DNA from: Nitrosopumilus sp.
GTDB taxonomy: Archaea > Thermoproteota > Nitrososphaeria > Nitrososphaerales > Nitrosopumilaceae
Assembly: GCA_965218695.1 (NCBI GenBank)
Contig: OZ244651.1
Location: 96,001-160,000 of the forward strand
DNA: 64,000 nt
Direction: 5' to 3'
In this document: positions 59,774 through 64,000 of the stretch, one piece after another
How positions within the stretch are numbered: position 1 is the first letter of the stretch
Layout of the letters: each line of letters starts with the position of its first letter
Program-made: the position numbers and the translations under genes
Notes under the pieces: model-generated
What the model saw: only the letters and a program-made list of their open reading frames with translations
Told to the model about the DNA's origin: nothing
Database searches by the model: none

Positions 59774-60438
59774 ACCCTTCTTCCCCTCTTTCCACCCTTC
59801 TTTCTGGTGGTGTCGTGTGGAATGGGCGTAACATCATCAATTCGTCCGATCTTGAATCCGCCTCTGGCCAGGGCTCTTATGGCAGCCTGCGCTCCCGGAC
59901 CTGGAACCCTTGAACCGACGCCGCCTACTGCACGGACTCTGATGTGAAATCCTGCAAACCCCTTGGTTCTTGCAGACTCTACCACCGCATTTGCCGCCTT
60001 CATAGCGGCAAACGGTGATGATTCGTATCTGTCTGCATTGACATGTATTCCGCCTGAACTGATGGCAACTGTCTCACCGCCGGTAAGATCAGTCATGTGT
60101 ATGATTGTATTGTTGTAGCTGCTGAAGATGTGTGCAATTCCCCATTTCTCAGGATTCTCCTTTTTTGGTTCCGGCCGGATCTTGTTCTCAGTCTTTTCTG
60201 ATTTTGTCTCCTTTGCAGGTTGAACATCGCCGGCTTCTGCCTCAACCTTTGGTTCTGTACCGGCTTCTGCCTCAACCTTTGGTTCTGTACCGGCTTCTGC
60301 CTCAACCTTTGGTTCTGTACCGGCTTCTGCCTCAACCTCCACGTCTATTTTGACCTCCGTCTCAGCTTTGACTTCTACCTTGGCGATGGCTTGTTCTTCT
60401 AGATCTACCTCGGCTTCTGGTTTTTCAGCATCTGACAA
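59770..60438 (-). CDS. rps11: 30S ribosomal protein uS11 with an acidic N-terminal extension
   Basis: [25 protein letters not shown] and DVTPIPHD motifs. Confidence 0.97.
   Translation of the reverse strand: MSDAEKPEAEVDLEEQAIAKVEVKAETEVKIDVEVEAEAGTEPKVEAEAGTEPKVEAEAGTEPKVEAEAGDVQPAKETKSEKTENKIRPEPKKENPEKWGIAHIFSSYNNTIIHMTDLTGGETVAISSGGIHVNADRYESSPFAAMKAANAVVESARTKGFAGFHIRVRAVGGVGSRVPGPGAQAAIRALARGGFKIGRIDDVTPIPHDTTRKKGGKRGRRV
60231..60338 (-). repeat. 30-bp perfect tandem repeat (about 3.6 units) in rps11
   Basis: CGGCTTCTGCCTCAACCTTTGGTTCTGTAC three times plus a partial unit; encodes [10 protein letters not shown]. Confidence 0.95.
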
Positions 60439-60519
60439 TAACTACACAGATCTCCAAGGGTTTAAAATACATTGATTTTTTGTTCCCCAAAACCCAAAAT
60501 TTGTACCTACACAAATATC

Positions 60520-60858
60520 ATGTATGCGTACCCTCTGATGGTGACCTCAATCATTCTAATTGCAGTCGGGCTTGCAGTAACTGTTGCCGTGTTCGGCTTT
60601 ATAATGCTGCAGTCTCTCTCCCCTCTTGGTGATGCGATCCTGTCTCCAGTAGAGCAGAAATGCCGGCAGATCGCCAACGAGGGATACCGGATTCATGCGG
60701 CCTATCCGGATTCAAGCTTTGATGCGATTCCAGAAGAGGATGCGCAAAAAATGATCAGACTTGACGAGAGGTGGATCAACGAATGCGTATCTGTCCTGCC
60801 TACAGCCACCATTATTGAGATAGTGGATGGCGTGGAACGCAAGAACTTTGGCGAATGA
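60520..60858 (+). CDS. Membrane-anchored hypothetical protein
   Basis: N-terminal TM and a Cys pair. Confidence 0.7.
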   Translation: MYAYPLMVTSIILIAVGLAVTVAVFGFIMLQSLSPLGDAILSPVEQKCRQIANEGYRIHAAYPDSSFDAIPEEDAQKMIRLDERWINECVSVLPTATIIEIVDGVERKNFGE

Positions 60859-61812
60859 CTACCCAAAGTGATCCCATCCTGAATCATTCAGACGGCTCAT
60901 ATCCTTGCCACGACTCACAAACACGTCATACCCATCCGTAACATGCCCGATCTGGATGACGGGCGTCTTGTACCGTGCCGCGTTGCCCATGATCGCCTCC
61001 ATGTGGTTCTGAGGTGCAGTAAACACAAACTCGTACTCCTCACCTCCCTCAAAGACCAGCGCATCCAGGTCAAGCCCCAGAGATTTCACATGCTTTTGCA
61101 GATCCCTTGTTGACGGGATATTGTCGATGACAAACCTTTTCCTGCTCTGCCTTGACATCTCGTTCAGTGTTGCAGCCAGCCCATCACTGGAGTCCATTGA
61201 TGATGAAAAATACCTGCCACTTTCCACCCCAAAGTCAAGTCGGGGTTCCGGTCGCGCAAATGATCGCATGGCCCTTCTTACGAATGTACGTCCCTCTCCC
61301 TCCTTCTTTCCTCCTCCAAGGAACATCCTCAGTCCTGCAGGCGCGTACCCAAACGGACCTGTTACAAATATCAGATCACCTGCCCTGGCTCCGTCCCTGC
61401 CGATAACGCGGCTTGCGCTGCCAAAGAGGCATACTGTAAACACCACCTCCATTCCTTCATTGGTATCCCCACCAAGAATAGATATCCCGTATTCGTCACA
61501 CGCCTTTCTCAACCCGGTCCCAATCCTGGCAACCTCCCGGGACGAGACAGTCTTTGGCATGTTGACTGAGATTATGCCGTATCTTGGCCTCACTCCCTTT
61601 GCGGCAAAATCACTCACACATGCCACCACGCTCTTTCTTGCCGCATCAGCAAGGCTCATCCCTGGGGGAATGTCCGTGCTTTGTACCATGGTGTCTGTGC
61701 TTGCAACAACTGTGACGCCCTCCAGACCAAACACCTCTACATCCTCCGGCACAAAACCATCATTGCCGAGTCTTTTCTGAATGATTCTGATTATCTCAGA
61801 CTCATCTGGCAT
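60859..61812 (-). CDS. thiL: Thiamine-monophosphate kinase
   Basis: SDFAAKG, GGDT, DSSDGL and GGEEYE motifs. Confidence 0.93.
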   Translation of the reverse strand: MPDESEIIRIIQKRLGNDGFVPEDVEVFGLEGVTVVASTDTMVQSTDIPPGMSLADAARKSVVACVSDFAAKGVRPRYGIISVNMPKTVSSREVARIGTGLRKACDEYGISILGGDTNEGMEVVFTVCLFGSASRVIGRDGARAGDLIFVTGPFGYAPAGLRMFLGGGKKEGEGRTFVRRAMRSFARPEPRLDFGVESGRYFSSSMDSSDGLAATLNEMSRQSRKRFVIDNIPSTRDLQKHVKSLGLDLDALVFEGGEEYEFVFTAPQNHMEAIMGNAARYKTPVIQIGHVTDGYDVFVSRGKDMSRLNDSGWDHFG

Positions 61813-63088
61813 TGTCGCAGCCCCTTTTTACCCGATGTCTCATATCGTTGATAATCCTCCCGCACCGTTCATCGCTGTCCGACTCTGCTGATATCCTGAT
61901 GATGTCCTCTGTGTTGGATTTTCTTACAAGCACCCAGCTCTTCTCGTCAATTATCCCCTTGATTCCGTCCTGCATGTCCGTCTCAGAATACTCTGCTGGG
62001 AGCATCGCCTCCAGGCCTCCAATGACACTGTCATGAATCTCCGATGGAACCGCTATCTTTTCCCTCATCTGGGTATATCCTTCCATGAAACCCAGGACCT
62101 CGTCAAATCCCGAATCCCCAAGCATGGACGATATCAGGCCGCTGGCAAGCATTCCGTCCCGGCAGTAGTTGAACTCCGGCAGGATGAAACCGCCGCTGCT
62201 TCCCTCTCCTCCTGCCTGCGCCTTGCATTCCAGCATGTGCTCCACCACGTTTGCCTCCCCCACCTTGGATCTGAGAACCATCCCGCCCCGCTCCCTGATG
62301 AACCTCTCAATTGATACGCTTGTATCCACACTCAGGACAAACCTCCTGTATCCCATCTCCAGGGCCCATGCCACCCCGAGTCCAAGTGTCACATCAGGGG
62401 CCTGTTTCCTTCCGTCTCTTACTACGACTAACCTGTCGCCGTCCAGATCAAATGCAAATCCTGTTCTACCCCCGGCAGTAGCCGACACCAGTCCTGACAG
62501 ATCATCTGATGTGGGATCCGGCCCCCTCGACGTACCCTCCTCGTTTATGACATACACGGAGCATCCTATCCTCCTTAGAAGATCCGGCGCAACCCATCTG
62601 GCAGCACCACCGCCTACGTCCACTACCACCTCGGGACGGACTCCAGCCTCTCCTATGAGCCCCGCAGCATCACTGGCATAAGACGACGCGATGTCCTGCT
62701 CGACTCCGATCCTAGTTGACTGCACCTCTTGGTGTTTGATTATCTGTGGCAGCTCCTGCTCGTTTATTCCTCTCCCGTTTATGATGAACTTGATTCCGTT
62801 CCATTCCAGAGGATTGTGTGATGACGAGATCACCAGCCCGGCTGATCCCCTTGCCTCCCTGAACACCACCGGGGTCGGAGCCATCCCAAGATTGTGCACG
62901 TCAATCCCATTTGCCATCAGTGCCGCACCTGCCGTATCCATCATCATGCGGCCTGACTGCCTTGTGTCCCTGCCAATAACGCACTTTGTCCCAATCATCG
63001 ATGAAAAGTTGTTGCAAAACTCCAATACGTGCCTGAGGGTCAGATCCGCCCCAAAGACTCCCCTGATTCCAGATATCGTCTTCTTCAA
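61802..63088 (-). CDS. Phosphohexomutase (PMM/PGM/GlmM family)
   Basis: SSHNP, FDLDGDR and GGEGSSGG motifs. Confidence 0.92.
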   Translation of the reverse strand: MKKTISGIRGVFGADLTLRHVLEFCNNFSSMIGTKCVIGRDTRQSGRMMMDTAGAALMANGIDVHNLGMAPTPVVFREARGSAGLVISSSHNPLEWNGIKFIINGRGINEQELPQIIKHQEVQSTRIGVEQDIASSYASDAAGLIGEAGVRPEVVVDVGGGAARWVAPDLLRRIGCSVYVINEEGTSRGPDPTSDDLSGLVSATAGGRTGFAFDLDGDRLVVVRDGRKQAPDVTLGLGVAWALEMGYRRFVLSVDTSVSIERFIRERGGMVLRSKVGEANVVEHMLECKAQAGGEGSSGGFILPEFNYCRDGMLASGLISSMLGDSGFDEVLGFMEGYTQMREKIAVPSEIHDSVIGGLEAMLPAEYSETDMQDGIKGIIDEKSWVLVRKSNTEDIIRISAESDSDERCGRIINDMRHRVKRGCDNAR

Positions 63089-63141
63089 TCAAACCAATTC
63101 GGAAAGACTTTTTATTAACTCTGATGAATTCATCCAATCGT

Positions 63142-63215
63142 GCCTTGGTAGCTCAGCCTGGTAGAGCGAACGCCTCGTAAGCGTTAGGTCGCGGGTTCAG
63201 ATCCCGTCCGAGGCT
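63142..63215 (+). tRNA. tRNA-Thr(CGT)
   Basis: Anticodon arm AACGC-CTCGTAA-GCGTT; T-loop TTCAGAT. Confidence 0.92.
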
Positions 63216-63473
63216 TTCTTCTGTATTCTGATGTCCATCTTTGTGCATGCCACATCCGGCGGTGCAGATTGATGCGTTTCTGTCAGATCCGGACAGAATG
63301 CACGTTTGCTAAGAGTAATTGGACATTATCTGAACTAATCATGACTGCCTGCTGAATACAATTATGTACTCTGATACTATTTTTAAAATGCGTTTTTGCA
63401 CATTTATCATACCCATACCAGCGGTATGCAAAACCTCTAAAACTCCCCAAAACCAGTGACATGTGAAATCTCT

Positions 63474-64000
63474 TTGACGCTGTTACAAAACGCCGAACTG
63501 TTTGCCCGGACGAAACATGCCGGAATGCTCAAAAAAGACGGCATTACCACACACTCAAGGCATCTTGAGGATGTGGTAAACAGGTTGAAAAGTCTGGGCG
63601 TAATAGACGAGGAAGTGCTATGTGCAGGATGGCTTCATGATACCCTGGAGGACACTAATACCAGCTTTGACGATCTGTTTGAACAGTTTGGAAGCAGGAT
63701 TGCAGTGATTGTTTCATATCTGACAAAGGATATGTCCCTGCCCAGAAAATCGAGGGTGCAGGCATATGTCCGGCAGCTTGAAGGTGCGTCATATGACGCC
63801 AAACTAATCAAGCTGTGCGACATCTCGGCAAATCTGAGTGCCCTGAAGCGCTGGAACTGCTCAAAGTCACGAAAGATGCGTACAATAAGGCATGTCAGAC
63901 GCTACGCAGGCGCAATCCGGGACGACTTGGCCTCCTCCTGTCAGGACTATCCAGGGGTACCTGCAATGCTTGAAGGCATCAACCAGACATTCAGGCAGTT
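63474..64000 (+). CDS. HD-domain hydrolase (Mesh1/SpoT-hydrolase-like), runs off the window
   Basis: Manual translation: FARTKHAG...H..V...AGWLHDTLEDT...LIKLCD; absent from the ORF track. Confidence 0.85.
   Translation, partial: MTLLQNAELFARTKHAGMLKKDGITTHSRHLEDVVNRLKSLGVIDEEVLCAGWLHDTLEDTNTSFDDLFEQFGSRIAVIVSYLTKDMSLPRKSRVQAYVRQLEGASYDAKLIKLCDISANLSALKRWNCSKSRKMRTIRHVRRYAGAIRDDLASSCQDYPGVPAMLEGINQTFRQ

Overview
This is a chromosomal window from an ammonia-oxidising archaeon (Nitrososphaerota/Thaumarchaeota, Nitrosopumilaceae-like). It carries the amoB<- ->amoC, amoX, amoA cluster, six tRNAs (two of them with two introns each) and core genes (trpS, pheST, valS, purB, rtcB, rps11, pdxST, queD, thiL, coaD, aconitase). 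The IS load is very high: 12 DDE insertion sequences from five families (IS5, IS630, IS481, ISH3, IS66) plus a decayed solo tnpB, roughly 18 kb in total. Elevated GC, IS expansion and a giant multi-receptor surface protein suggest a host-associated lineage such as a sponge symbiont (inference). The most notable observations are: (1) IS elements stacked into each other's ends, including a five-element nest whose order can be partly read from target-site duplications; (2) these stacks sit just upstream of TATA boxes and split the amo cluster without breaking any host gene; (3) a GATC-containing palindrome over the amoC start; (4) a 33-aa membrane microprotein missed by the ORF track; (5) several structured non-coding RNA candidates, including a two-hairpin H/ACA-like guide and one candidate interrupted by an IS; (6) a three-domain ligand-binding surface protein with patchwork internal identity. 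No CRISPR array, prophage or retroelement was seen. All product calls come from motif recognition by eye; no searches were run.
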